Below the pieces are notes generated by a model that saw nothing but the letters and a program-made list of their open reading frames with translations, made no database searches and was not told the DNA's origin. A stretch of DNA of 64,000 nucleotides, taken from the NCBI RefSeq assembly GCF_009914755.1, contig NC_060937.1; one strand, 5' to 3'. Source of the stretch: the human T2T-CHM13v2.0 reference genome, Homo sapiens. Of this stretch, positions 15,001 to 29,840 are shown piece by piece (positions within the stretch are counted from its first letter, which is position 1; each line of letters opens with the position of its first letter). A program made the position numbers and the translations under genes.

Positions 15001-18000
15001 TTTCCATTAAACTCCATTCCATTCTATTCCTGTCGATTGCATTCAATTCCATTCCATTCGATTCCTGTCCATTTGATTCCATTCCATTCAACTCCATTCC
15101 ATTCAAGTCCATTCCATTCCATTCCATTCAATTCCATTCCATTCGATTCCAATCCATTCAATTCCACTTTGTTCAAGTCGTTTCCAATAGAGTCCATTCC
15201 ATTCCAGTCCATTCCATTCGATTCCTTTCCATTCGATTCCATTCCATTCTATTCTGTTCCATCCGATTTCATTGCACTCTATTCCCTTCCCTTCCATTCC
15301 ATTCTATTCCATTCCATTCAATGCCATTCAATTCTATTCTATTCCTTTTGAGTCCATTCCATTCGAGTCCATACCATTTCAATCCATTCCATTCCATAAC
15401 ATTCGATGCCATTCCATTCGATTCTACTCCATTAGATTCCATTCCATTCCATTCTGTTCCATCTGATTCCATTGCATTCTATTCCCTTCTCTTCCATTCC
15501 CTTCTCTTCCATTCCATTCGATGCCATTCAATTCTATTCTATTCCCTTTGAATCCATTTCATTCGAGTCCATACCATTTCAATCCATTCCATTCCATTCG
15601 ATGCCATTCCATTCAATTCTATTCTATTTGACTCAGTTAAACTCCATTCCTTTCCATCCAATTCCTTTCCTTTCTATTCCTTTCCACTGCATTCCAATCC
15701 ATTCCATTCGATTCCATTCCATTCAATTCCATTCTTCTCCAGTCCATTCCTTTCGAGTCCATTCCATTGCAGTCCATTCCATTCGAGTCCATTCCATTCC
15801 ATTCCATTCGATAACTTTCCATTAATCTCCATTCCATTCTATTCCTTTCGATTCCATTCAATTCCATTCCATTCGATATCTTTCCATTACACTCCATTCC
15901 ATTCTGTTCCTTTCGATTCCATTCAATTCCACTCCATTCGATTCCATTCCACTCGATTCCATTCCATTCAACTCCATGCCGTTCATGTCCATTCCATTCC
16001 ATTCCGTTCCATTCTATTCCAATCCGTCACTTTCCATTTTGTTCCAGTCAATTCCACTCGAGTCCATTCCATTGCAGTCCATTCCATTCGAGTCCATTCC
16101 ATTCCATTCCATTCGATATCTTTCCATTACTCTCCATTCCATTCTATTCCTTTCGATTCCATTCAATTCCATTCCATTCGATATCTTTCCTTTACACTCC
16201 ATTCCATTCTATTCCTTTTGATTCCATTCAGTTCCATTCCATTCAATTCCATTCCATTCAATTCCATTCCATTCGACTCCATGCCATTCATGTCCATTCC
16301 ATTCCATTCCATTCCGTTCCATTTGATTCCAATACGTTACTTTCCATTTTGTTCCAGTCAATAACACTCGAGTACATTCCATTGCAGTCCATTCCATTTG
16401 ATTCCCTTCCATTCGATTTGATTAAATTCCATTTGATTCCATTCCACTAAATTTCATTCCATTCCATTCCATTGCATTCCATTCTATTCCATTCCATTGC
16501 ATTCCATTCTATTCCATTCCATTGCATTCCATTCCATTCCATTTGATTTCATTCCATTCAATTCCAAGGCATTCAAATGAATTACATTACAATCCATTAC
16601 ATTCGAGTCCTTTCTATTCCAGTCCATTCCATTCTTGTCCATTCCATTTGATTCAACTCCATTCAATACCATTTGATACTATTGCACTCCTTTGGATTCC
16701 ATTCTATTTGAATAAATTCCATTCGAGACCATTCCTTTTGAGTCCATTCTATTTGAGTCCATTCCATTCGTGTCCATTACATTTGGGTCCGTTCCATTGC
16801 ATTCCATTCCATTCCTTTCTATTCCATTTGATACCATTACATTAGAATCTATTCCATTAGAGCCCATTCCATTCGAATGCATTCCATTCCATTCCATTCC
16901 ATGCCATTCGATTCGATTCTATTCTATTCGACTCCATTCCATTTCATTCGGTTCCATCTGATTCCACTCCATTCTTGCCCTTTCCATACCATTCCATTCC
17001 ATTGGTTTCCATTCCATTGGAGTCCATTCCACTCCATCCCATTCCATTCGAGTCCATTCCATTCCAGTCCATTTCATTTGAGTCCATTCCATTCCATTCA
17101 ATTCCACTTGATATCTTTCCTTTTCATTCCTTTCCATTCTTTTCCTTTCGATTCCATTCAATTCCATTCCATTCGATTCCATTCCACTGTATTCCTTTCC
17201 ATTCGACTCCATTCCATTCGAATCCATTCCTTTTCATTCCATTCCATTCCATTCCTTTCTGTTCGACTTCATTCCGTTCGATTCCTATTTGTTGCAGTCC
17301 ATTCCATTCGAGTCCATTCCATTCCAGTCCATTCAATTCGATTCCATTCCATTCGATTCCCTTCCATTTGATTCCATTCCACTCGTTTCCACTCCATTGC
17401 ATTCCATTGCATTCCATTCTATTCCATTCCATTGCATATCATTACATTTCCTATGATTACATTCCATTTGATTCCATTCAGCTCAAATCAATTGGATTGC
17501 AATCTATTACATTCGAGTCCGTTCTATTCCAGTCCATTCCATTCTCGTCCATTACTTTCGATTCCATTCCATACTATTGCATTCCATTCGATTCCACTGT
17601 ATTCGAATAAATTCCATTCAAGACCATTCCTTTTTAATCCATTCTATTTGAGTCTATTACATTCAAGTCCATTACATTTGGGTCCATCCAATTCCAGTCC
17701 ATACCATTCGATGTCATTCCATTCTATTCTATTCCATTCTACTCCATTCCATTCCATTAAATTCCATTCCATTCTGTTCCATTCGATTCCAATCCATTAC
17801 ATTCCATTTTGTTCCAGTCAGTTCCACTCAAGTCCATTCCATTTTATTCCATTCAATTCCACTCGAGTACATTCCATTCCAGTCCATTCCATTCGATTCC
17901 ATTCCTTTCGATTCCATTCCATTCAATTCGATTAAATTCCATTTGATTCCATTCCACTCTATTCCATTCTGTTCCATTCCACTGCATGCCATTCTATTCC

Positions 18001-21000
18001 ATTCCTTTGCATTCCATTCCATTTCGTTTGATTACATTCCATTCAATTTCAAGGCATTCGAATCAATTACATTTCCATCCATTACATTCGAGTGTTTTCT
18101 ATTCCAGTCCATTCCATTCCAGTCCATTCCATTTGATTAAATTCCATTCGATTCATTTAGATACTATTACATTCCTTTCGATTCCATTCTATTCGAATAA
18201 ATTCCATTCGAGACCATTCCTTTCGAGTCCATTCTATTTGACTGCATTCCATTCGTGTACATTACATCTGGGTCCGTTCCATTGCATTCCATTCCATTCC
18301 TTTCCATTCCATTCCATGCCATTACTTTCGATTCTATTCCATTAGAGTCCATTCCATTCGAGTCCATTCCATTCCATTCCATTCGATGTCATTCCACACG
18401 ATTCTATTCCATTCGATTCCATTCCATTCCATTCAGTTCCATCCTATTCCATTCCATTGTAGTCCTTTCCATTCCATTCCATTCATTTCCTTTCCATTCG
18501 AGCCCATTCCACTCCAGTCCATTTCATTCGAGTCCATTCCACTCCAGTCCATTTCATTCCATTCCATTCCGTTCAATTCCATTTGATATCTTTCCATTTC
18601 ACTCCGTTCCATTCCATTGCATTCTATTTAATTGCATTTCATTCCACTGCATTCCATTCGTGTCCATTCCTTTTCATTCCTTTCCATTCCATTGCATTCT
18701 GTTCTACTTCAATCCATTCGATTCCATTTTCTTCCAGTCCATTCCATTCGAGTCCATTCCATTCCAGTCCATTTGATTTGATTCCATTCCATTTGATTCC
18801 CTTCCTTTCGATTCCATTCCACTCAATTCCACTCCGTTCCTTTCCATTGAATTCCATTCCATTCCATTCCATTGCATACCATTGCATTCCATATGATTTC
18901 ATTCCATTTGATTCCATACAACTCAAATCAATTGGATTGCAATGAATTACAATCGAAACCATTTTATTCCAGTCCATTCCATTCTGGTCCATTCCATTTA
19001 ATTCCATTCCATACTATTGCGTTCCATTTGATTGCACTGTATTCGAATAAATTCCATTAGAGACCATTCCTTTTTAATAAATTATATTTGAGTCTATTGC
19101 ATTCGAGTTCAATACATTTGGGTCCATCCAATTCCATTCCATTCCATTCGATGCCATTGCATTCGATTCTATTCCATTCGAGTCCATTCCATTTGATTCC
19201 ATTCCGTTCCATTCCATTCCATTCGATCACATTCCTTTCGATTCCATTCTGCTCCAGTCCATTCCATTCGAGTACTTTCCATTCGAGTCCGTTCCATTGG
19301 AATCCATTCCATTCCATTCCATTGCTTTCGATATCTTTCCATTACACTCCATTCCATTCTATTTCTTAAGATTCAATTCAATTCCATTCCTTTCTGTTTC
19401 GTTCCATTTGACTCCATTCCATTCAAGTCCATTCCATTTCATTCCATTCTGTCCGATTCAATTCCGTTCAATTCCATTTTGATCCAATCCAATCCGTTCG
19501 AGTCCATTCTATTTGTTTCCCTTCCATTCCATTCCATTCCTTTCGATGCCATTCCATTCAATTCTATTCAAGTCCATTCCGTCTGAGTCCATTCGATTCC
19601 ATTCCAATCCACTCCATTCCATTAGATGCCATTCCATTTGATTCTAATCCACTCAACTCCATTCCATTCCATTCCTTTCCATCCGATTCCATTCCGTTCT
19701 ATTCCTTTCCATTCCATTCCATTCCATTCCATTCATTTCCATTGCTTTTGAGTTTTTTCCTCTCCAGTCCATTCCATTCGAGTCCATTCCATTGCAATCC
19801 ACTTGATTCGAGTCCATTCCATTCCATTACTTTCATTCGATAACTTTCCTTTACACTCCATTCCTTTCTATTCCTTTCTATTCATTTCGATTCTATTCAA
19901 TTCTATTCCATTCGATTCCATTCCATTCTACTGTATTCCTTTCTAGTCCATTCCATTCCATTCGATATCTTTCCATTACACTCCATTCCACTCTATTCCT
20001 TTCAATTCCTTTCAGTTGCATTCCATTCTAGTCCATTCCATTAAAATCCACTCCATTCGATTCCATTCCATTCCATTCCTTTTGATTCGATATCTTTCCT
20101 TTACACTCCATTCCTTTCTATTCCTTTCGGTTCTATTCAATTCCATTCCATTCGATTCCATTCCATTCGATTCCATTTCATTCGACTCCATTCCATTCGA
20201 GTCCATTCCATTCCATTCAATTCCATTCGATATCTTCCATTCCATTCCATTCCATTCTATTCCTTTGAATTCCATTCAATTCAATTCCATTCGAGTCCAT
20301 TCTATTGCATTCCATTCCATTCCGTTCTGTTCGATTCCAATCCATTCGATTCTACTTTGTTCCAGTCCATTCCATTCGAATCCATTCCCTTCCAGTGCAT
20401 CCCATTTGATTCCATTCCATTCGACTCCATTCCACTCGATTCCACTCCGTTCCATTCTATTACATTCTATTCTATTCCATTCCATTGCATTCCATTCCAT
20501 TCCATTTTATTACACTCCTTTCGATTCCATTCCATTTGAATCAATTACATTGTAATCCATTACATTCGATTCCATTCTATTCCAGTCCATTCCATTCCTG
20601 TCCATTCCATTTCGTTAGATTACATTTGATTCCATTAAATACTATTGCAGTCTATTCAATTCCATTCTATTAGAATAAATTCCTTTCGAGACCATTCCTT
20701 TCGAGTCCATTCTATTTGAGTCCATTTCTTTCGACTCCATTACATTTGGGTCCATTCCATTCCATTCCTTTCCAGTCCATTACATTGCAGTCGCTGCCAG
20801 TCCATTCGATTCTATTCCATTTGAGTCCATTACATTTGGGTCCATTCCATTCCACTCCATTCCATTCGATTCTATTCCATTTGAGTCCATTCCATTCGGG
20901 TCCATTCCATTCGATGCCATTCCATTCGAGTCCATTTCACTCCAGTCGATTCCATTCGATGCCATTCCATTCGAGTCCATTTCATTCGAATCCATTCCAT

Positions 21001-24000
21001 TGCATTCCATTCGATGCCATTCCATTCGATTCTATTCCATTCGACTCCATTCCCTTTCTTTCCATTCCATGAAATTCCATTCCATTCTATTCCTTTCCAT
21101 TCCATTCCAATGTATTACATTCCATTCCGTTCGTGTCCATTCCACTCCAGTCCATTCCATTCGAGTCCATTCCATTCCAGTGCATTCCATTCGAGTCAAT
21201 TCCATTTAATTCCATTAGACATTTTTCCGTTTCACTCCATTTAATTCTGTTTCTTTCATTTCCAATCAATTCCATTCCATTTGATTCCGTTACATTCGAT
21301 TCCATTCCATTCTACTCCATTCCTTTTGACTCCATTTCTTTCCATTTCATTGCATTCCGTTCCGTTCGTTGCCAATGCGTTTGATTCCATTTTGTTCCTG
21401 TCCATTCCATTCGAGTCCATTCCATTCGAGTCCATTCCATTAGATTCCATTCCATTCGATTCCATGCCACTCGACTCCACTCTGTTCCATTCCATTGCGT
21501 TGCCTTCTATTCCATTTCTTTGCATTCCATTCCATTCCAGTGCATTCCATTCGTTTCCATTCTATTAGACTCCATTGCACTCCAGTTCATTCCTTTCGAG
21601 TCCATTACATTCCAGTCCATTCCACTCGAATCCAATCCATTCCATTCCATTCGACATCTTTCCATTACACTCCATTCCATTCTATTAATTTTGATTCTAA
21701 TCAATTCCATTCCAATAGAACACCTTCCTTTCGATTCCATTCCTTTCGACTCCTTTCCATTCGAGTCCATTCTATTCCATTCTATTCCATTCCATTAAAT
21801 TCCATTCCTTTGATTACATTCCATTCGATTCCATTCCACTCGATTCCACTCCGTTACATTTTATTGCATTCCGTTCTATTCCATTCCATTGAGTACCATT
21901 CCATTCTATTCTATTCCATTCGAGTCGATTTCTTTAGAGCCCATTCCATTCCATTCCATTCGATGTCATTCCGTTTGATTCTTTTCCATTTGAATCCATT
22001 CCATTCCATTCTGTTCCATCCGTTTCCATTCCATTCTGTTCCATCCATTTCCATTCCATTCTATTCCTTTCCATTCCATTCCATTCCATTTGTTTCCATT
22101 TCATTCGATTCATTCTATTCGAATAAATTCCATTAGAGACCGTTCCTTTCGAGTCCATTCTGTTTGAGTCTATTCCATTCCAGTCCATTACATTTGGTTC
22201 CATTCCATTCCCTTCCATTCCTTTCCATTCCATACGTTGCCATTCCATTCATTTCTATTCCATTCGACTCCATTCCATTCCATTCCATTCCATCCGATTC
22301 TATTTCATTCTATTCCTTTCCATTCCACTCCATTCCATTCGTGTCCATTCCATTTGAGTCCGTTCCAATCCAGTCCATTCCATTCGACTCCATTACACTC
22401 CAGTCCATTCCATTTGAATCCATTCCATTCCAGTCCATTCCATTCAAGTCCATTCCATTCCATGCCATTCCATTCGATATCTTTCCATTACAATCCTTTC
22501 CATTCTATTCTTTTTATTCCGTTCAATTCCATTCCATGTAATTCCATTCCATTCGATTCCATTCCATTCGACTCCATTCCGTTTGAGACCATTACATTCC
22601 ATTTCGTTCAATTTGATTGCAATCCGTTCGATTCCATTTTGTTCCAGTATATTCCGTTCAAGTCCATTCAATTCCAGTCCATTCCATTCGATTCCAGTCC
22701 ATTCGATTCCATTCCATTCCAATTGATTCTTCTCCGTTCCATTACATTGCATTCCATTCTATACCATTCCATTCCTTTTGGTTACATTAAATTCGATTTC
22801 ATTCCATTCGAGTCAATTACTTTGCAATCCATTACATTCGAGTCCGTTCTATTCCAGTCCATTCCATTCGATTCCATTCCATTGCATTCCATTCCATACT
22901 ATTGCATTCCATTTGGTCCCAAAGTTTTCGAATAAATTCCATTCGAGGCCATTCCTTTAGAGTCCATTCTACTTGAGTCCATTCCATTCGAGTCCATTAC
23001 ATTTGGATCCATTTCATTCCATCCCAATCCATTCCATTCCATTCGGATCCATTTCATTCCATTCCATTCCATTCGATGCCATTCCATACAATTATGTTCC
23101 ATAGGTGTCCATTCCTTTCGAATCCATTCCATTCCATTCCATTCCGTTCCATGAGATTACAATCCATTCGATTGCATTCCATTCAAATCAATTACTTTTC
23201 AATGCCTTAAATTGTAGTCTGTTCCATTCCAGTCCATTCCATTCCTGTCCATTCCTTTCGATTCCATTCCATACTATTGCATTCAATTTGATTCCATTCT
23301 CTTCGAATAAATTCCATTCAAGACAATTCCTCTTGAGTCCATTCCATTCGAATCAATTCCATTCAATTCCATTCCATTTGTTTCCATTCCTCTCGATTCC
23401 ACTCCATTCCATTCTATTGCATTCCATTCTGTTCCATTCCCTTGCATTCCTTTCCATTCCATTTGACTACATTAAATTCAATTCCATTTCATTTGAGTCA
23501 ATTACATTGCAATCCATTACATTCGAGTGTGTTGTATTCCAGTTCATTCCATTCCATTCCATTCCATTCCATTGGATTCTATTCCATACTATTTCATTCC
23601 TTTCAAATCCATGCTATTCGAATAAATTCCATTCAAGACCATTCCCTTCCAATCCATTCTATTTCAGTCCCTTCAATTCGAGTCCATTGCAATGGGGTCC
23701 ATTCCATTTGTTTCCATTCCATTCACTTCGATGCCATTCCATTCCATTCTATTCCACTTGAGTCCATTCCGTTCGAGTCCATTCCATTCCATTCCACTCC
23801 ATTCCATTCAATTCCATTGCATTCAATTCTATTCCATTCGACTCCATTCCATTACATTCCATTCCATCCGATTACATTCCATTCCACCCGATTCCATTCC
23901 ATTCTATTCCTTTCCATTCCATTCCATTCATTCCATTCCATTCCATTCCATATTTCCATTCCATTCGATTCCATTCCACTCCAGGACATTACATTCCAGT

Positions 24001-27000
24001 CCATACCATTAGAGTCCATTCCATTAGAGTCCATTTCATTACATTCCATTCCATTTGATATATTTCCTTTCCATTCCATTCCATTCCATTGTATTCCTTT
24101 CGATTCCATTCAACTCTACACCATTCTATTGCATTTCATTCAACTCCATTCCATTCGATTCCATTCCAATCCATTCCATTAAATTTCGTTCTGTTCGATT
24201 CCAATCCGTTCAATTCCTTTTTTTCCGGTCCATTCCATTCGAGTCCATTCCATTCCAGTCCATTCCAATCGGTTCCATTCCACTCGATTACATTCCATTT
24301 GATTCCATTCCATTTGATTCCACTCCATTCCATTCCATTGCATTCCATTCTATTTCATTCCATTCCATTTGATTACATTCGATTCGATTCTATTCCCTTC
24401 AAATCAATTACATTTCAGTCCAATACATTCGAGTCCGTTCTATTCCATTCCATTCCATTCCATTCTGTTCCATTCCTTTTGATTCCATTCCATTCCATTC
24501 CCTTCCATACTGTTCCATTACATTCGACTCTATTCTATTTGAATAAATTCCATTCGAAGCCAATTCTTTCAAGTCCATTTTTTTTAGTCCCTTCCATTCG
24601 AGTCCATTACATTTGGGTCAATTGCATTCCATTCCTTTCCATTCCATTTGATGCCATTCCATTCGATTCTATTCCATTCGAGTCCATTCCTTTCCAGTCC
24701 ATTCCATTCGTTGCCATTCGATTCGATTCTATTCCATTCCACTCCATTCCATTACGTTCCATCCGATTCCAATCCATTCTATTCCTTTCCATTCCAATCC
24801 AATCTGCTCGATTCCATTCCATTCATTGCGATCCATTTCATTCGTTTCATTTCCATTCGCGTCATTTCCACTCCACTCCATTCCATTAGAGTCCATTCAA
24901 TTCCACTACATTCCATTTGACTCCTTTCCATTCGATTTCTTTCCATTAAAACCATTCCATTCTATTCCTTTGGATTCTATTAAATTCCATTCTTTTCCAT
25001 TCCATTCCATACCATTCCATTCCATTCCATTTGACTCCATTTCATTCGAGTCCATTCCATTCAATTCCATTCTGTTCCATTCTATTCCAATCTATTCAAT
25101 TCCACTTTCTTCCAGTCCAATCCATTCGAGTCCATTACATTCCAATCCATTCCAATCGATTCCATTCCTTTCTATTCCATTCCGTTGAATTCCATTCCAT
25201 TCGATTCCAGTCCAATCCATTCCACTGCATTATTTTCTATTCCATTCCAATGCATTCCATTCCACTCCGTTTGATCACATTCCATTCGATTCCATTCCAT
25301 TCAAATCAATTACATTACAAACCATTACGTATGATTCCATTCTATTCCTGTCCATTCCATTCCTGTCCATTACATTTGATTCTATTCCATTAGAATCCAT
25401 TCCATACTATTGCATTCCATTCGATTCCATTCTATTCGAATAAATTCCATTCGAGACCATTCCTTTTGAGTTCATTCCTTTTGAGTCCATTCCATTTGAG
25501 TACGTTACATTTGGTTCCATTCCGTTCCATTCCATTCCATTCCATTAGATGCCATTCCATTTGATTCTAATCCATTCGAGTCCATTCCATTCGACTTCAT
25601 TCCATTCCATTCAATTCCATTCCATTCAATTCCATTCCATTTCATTCCATTCCATTCCATTTCATTCCATTCCATTCCATTTCATTCCATTCCATTCCAT
25701 TTCATTCCATTCCATTTCATTCCATTCCATTCCATTTCATTCCATTCCATTCCATTTCATTCCATTCCATTCCATTTCATTCCATTCCATTCCATTCGAA
25801 GCAATTCCTTTGGATTCTATTCCGTTCAACTCCATTCCATTTCATTCCATTTCAACCGATTCCATTCCATTTCATTCCATTCCATCCGATTCCATTCCAT
25901 TCCATTCCACCCGATTCCATTCCATTCCATTCCACTCGTTTCCATTACATTCGTGTCCATTCCACTCCAGTCCATTCCATTTGAGTAAACTGCAATCCAG
26001 TCCATTCCATTGAAGTCCATACCATTCTATTTGATATCTTTCCATTACACTCCCTTACATTCCATTCCATTCGATGCCATTTCATTCCATTCCATTCCAT
26101 TCGAGTCCATTCCATTAGAGACCATTTCATTCCATTGTGTTCCATCCCTTCCGCTTCCATTCCATTCCATTCCATTTCATTCCATTCCATTCGTGTTCAT
26201 TACATTCGAGACCATTCCACTCCAGTCCATTAAATTCAAGACCATTCCATTCCAGTCCATTCCATTCCGTTCTGCTCAATTCCAATGCGTTCAATTCCAT
26301 TATGTGCCAGTCCAGTCCATTCCAGTCCATTCCATTCGATTCCATTCCATTTGATTCTATTCCATACTATTGCATTCCATTCGATTCCATTCTTTTGAAT
26401 AAATTGCATTCGAGTCCATTCCTTTTGGGTCCATTCTATTTGAGTCCATTCCATACGAGTCCATTATATTTGGGTCCATTCCACACTATTCCATTCCATT
26501 CCATTCCATTCCATTCCATTCCATTCCATGCCCTTCCATTCCATTCTATTCCATTGAGTCCACTCCATTCGAGTTCATTCCATTCCATTCCATTTGATGC
26601 CATACTATTCTATACTATTCCATTTGACTCCATTCCATTCCATTCCATTGGATGCCATATCATTCTATTCTATTCCATTTGACTCCATTCCATTCCATTA
26701 CTTTCCATCCGATTCCATTCCTTTCTATTCCTTTTCATTCCGTTCCCTTCCATTGCGTTGCATTCCATTCCATTCCATTGGTTTCCATTCCATTTGCGTT
26801 CATTCAACTCCAGTACATTCCATTCGATTCCATTCCCTTCGACTCCCTTCCAATCGAGTCCATTCCATTCCATTCAATTCCTTTCAGTTTGATTCCAATC
26901 CGTTCAATTCCATTTTGTTCCAGTCCATTCCATTTGAATCCTTTCCATTCCAGTCCATTCCTTTCAATTCCATTCCATTCGAAGCCATTCCATTGGATTC

Positions 27001-29840
27001 TATTCCATTCAACTCCATTCCATTCCATATCATTCCATCCGATTCCATTCCATTCTATTCCTTTATATTTCATTCCCTTCCTTTCCATTCCATGACATTC
27101 CATTCGTCTCCATTCCATTCGAGCCCATTCCTCTCCAGTCCATTCCATTCGCGTGAATTCCATTACAGTCCTTTCCATTCCATTACTTTCCATTCAATAT
27201 CTTTCCATTGCACTCCATTCCATTCTCTTCCTTTCGATTCCATTCAATTCCATTCCATTCGGTTCGATTCCATACTATTGCATTCCATTCAATTCCATTC
27301 CATTCGTATAAATTACATTCGAGACCATTTCTTTCGAGTCCATTATATTTGAGCCCATTCCATTCGATTCCACTACATTTGGGTCCATACCATTCCATTC
27401 CATTCCATTCCATTCCATTCGATCCCAAACCATTTTTTTTCTATTCCATTCGAGTCCATTCCAATCAAGTCCAATCCATTCCATTTGATGAAATTCCATT
27501 CGATTATATTCCATTCGAGTTGATTTCATTCCATTTGGTTCCATCCGATTACATTCCATTCTATTCCGTTCCTTTCCATTCCATTCCATTCCATTCTTTT
27601 CCAATCCATGCGAATCCATTCCACTCCAGTCCATTCCATTCGTGTCCCTTCCATTCCAGTCCATGCCTTTCGAGTCCATTCCATTCCATTCCCTTCAATG
27701 TCTTTCAATTACACTCCATTCCATTCTATTTCATTCGATTCCATTCAATTCAACTCTATTCGATTCCCTTCACTTCGATTCCAATCCATTCGACTCCATT
27801 CCATTCGAGTCCATTTCATTCCATTCCAATGCATTCTGTTCCTTTCCATACCAATCCGTTTGATTCCATTTAGTTCCAGTACATTGCATTCGAGTCCATT
27901 CCATTCCATTCCATTCGAAGCCATTGCATTCGATTTTATTGCATTGAACTCCATTCCATTCCATTCCTTTCCATCCGATTCCATTCCATTTTAGTCCTTT
28001 CCATTCCATTCCATTCTATTCGTTTAAATTCCAATTGAGTCCATTCCACTCCAGTCCATTCCATTTGAGTCCATTGCGTTCCAGTCCATTCCATTCGAGT
28101 CCATTCCTCTCCATTCCTTTCCATTTGATATCTTTCCATTGCACTCCATTCCTTTCTATTCCTTTCGATTCTGTTCAATTCCATTCCATTCGATTCCAAT
28201 CCATACTATTGCATTCCATTCAATTCCATTCTATCATATAAATTACATTCGAGACCATTTATTTCGAGTCCATTCAATTTGAGCCCATTCCATTCAAGTC
28301 CATTACTTTTGGGTCCATTCCATTCTGTTCCATTCCATTCCATTCGATCCCATTACATTTGTTTCTATTCCATTCGAGTCCATTCCAATCGAGTCCATTC
28401 CATTCCATTCATTGAAATTCCATTCGATTCTATTTCATTCGAGTTGATACCATTCCATTCCGTTCAATCTGATTCCATTCCATTCTATTCCATTCCATTC
28501 CATTCCATTCCATTCCATTCCATTCCATTCGTTTCCATGCCATTTCAATCCATTCCACTCCAGTCCATTCCTTTCGAGTCCATTCCATTCCAGTCCATTG
28601 CATTCAAGTCCATTCCATTCCATTCCATTCGAAGCCATTGCATTCAAATTTATTCCATTCGACTCCATTCCATTCCATTCCGTTCCATCCGATTCCATTC
28701 CATTCTATTCCTTTCCATTCCATTTTCTTCCATTACATTCATTTCCATTCCATTCCTGTCCATTCCACTCCAGTCCATTCCATTTGTTTCCGCTCCATTC
28801 CAGTACATTCCATTCGAGTACGTTCCATTGCATTCCATTCAATTCCATTCGATGCCACTCCATTCAATTCTATTCCAATCGACTCCATTCCATTCCATTC
28901 CGTTCCATCCGATTGCATTCCATTCTATTCCTTTCCATTCCATTCCCTTCCATTCCATTCTTTTCCATTCCATTCTGTTTCATTTCATTCCATTCCATTC
29001 CATTCAATGCCATTCAAATTGACTCCATTCCATTCCATTCCGTTCTATCTGATTCCATTCCATTTTATTCCTTTGCATTCCATTCCATTCCTTTCCAATC
29101 CATTCCAATCTTCTCCATTCCACTCCAGTTCATTCCATTTGAGTCCATTCCATTACAGTCCATTCCATTCGAGTCCATTCCATTCGATTCCAATCGATTC
29201 GATTGCATTCCACTCGATTCCACTCCATTCAATTCCATTGTATTCCGTTCTATTCCATTCCACTGCATTCCATTCTATTCCATTCCATTGCATTCCATTC
29301 CATTCCATTTGATTACATTCCATTCGATTCCATTCCATTCAAATGAATTACATTGCAGTCCATTACATTTGACTCTGTTCTATTCCAGTCCATTCCGTTC
29401 CTGTCCATTCCATTCGATTCCATTCCATTCGATTTCATTCCCTCCGATTCCATTCCATTCTTTACCATTCTATTCGAATAAATTCCATTCGAGACCATTG
29501 GTTTCGAGTCCGTTCTATTTGAGTCCATTCCATTCGAGTCCGTTACATTTGGGTCCATCCCATTCCATTCCATTTAATGCCATCCCATTTGATTCTATTC
29601 CATTCGAGTCCATTGCATTCTAGTCCATTAAATTCGAGTCCATTCCTTTACACTCCATTCCCTTCCATTCTATTCGACTCCATTCCATTCCTTTCCATTC
29701 CGTTCCATTCCGTTCCATTCCATTCCATTCCGTTCCATTCCATTCCATTTGATTACATTCCATTCGCGTCCATTACATTCGATTCCATTCCATTTGATTC
29801 CATACCTTTTGATTCAATTCCATTCGAGTCCATTCCATAA
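1..29840 (+). repeat. HSat3 layer 1 with a degenerate ~0.9-1 kb nested repeat unit (HSat3A/DYZ1-like landmark motifs)
   Basis: Landmark GAATAAATTCCATTCGAGACC recurs about 30 times (e.g. ~1781, 3040, 4165, 4910, 6401, 7828, 8820, 9745, 13187, 14241, 16710, 18195, 24541, 25438, 29476). It appears in a largely conserved order with GATATCTTTCCATTACAC, GAATCAATTAC, CATACTATTGC and CATTTGGGTCC. The subfamily label is from recall, not from alignment. Confidence 0.8.

Noticed and set aside
1-29840. Identification as Y-chromosome DYZ1
   Set aside because: Some landmark motifs look DYZ1-like, but there is no homogeneous 3.56-kb period. The neighbouring 23-mer alpha HOR does not fit the DYZ1 context.
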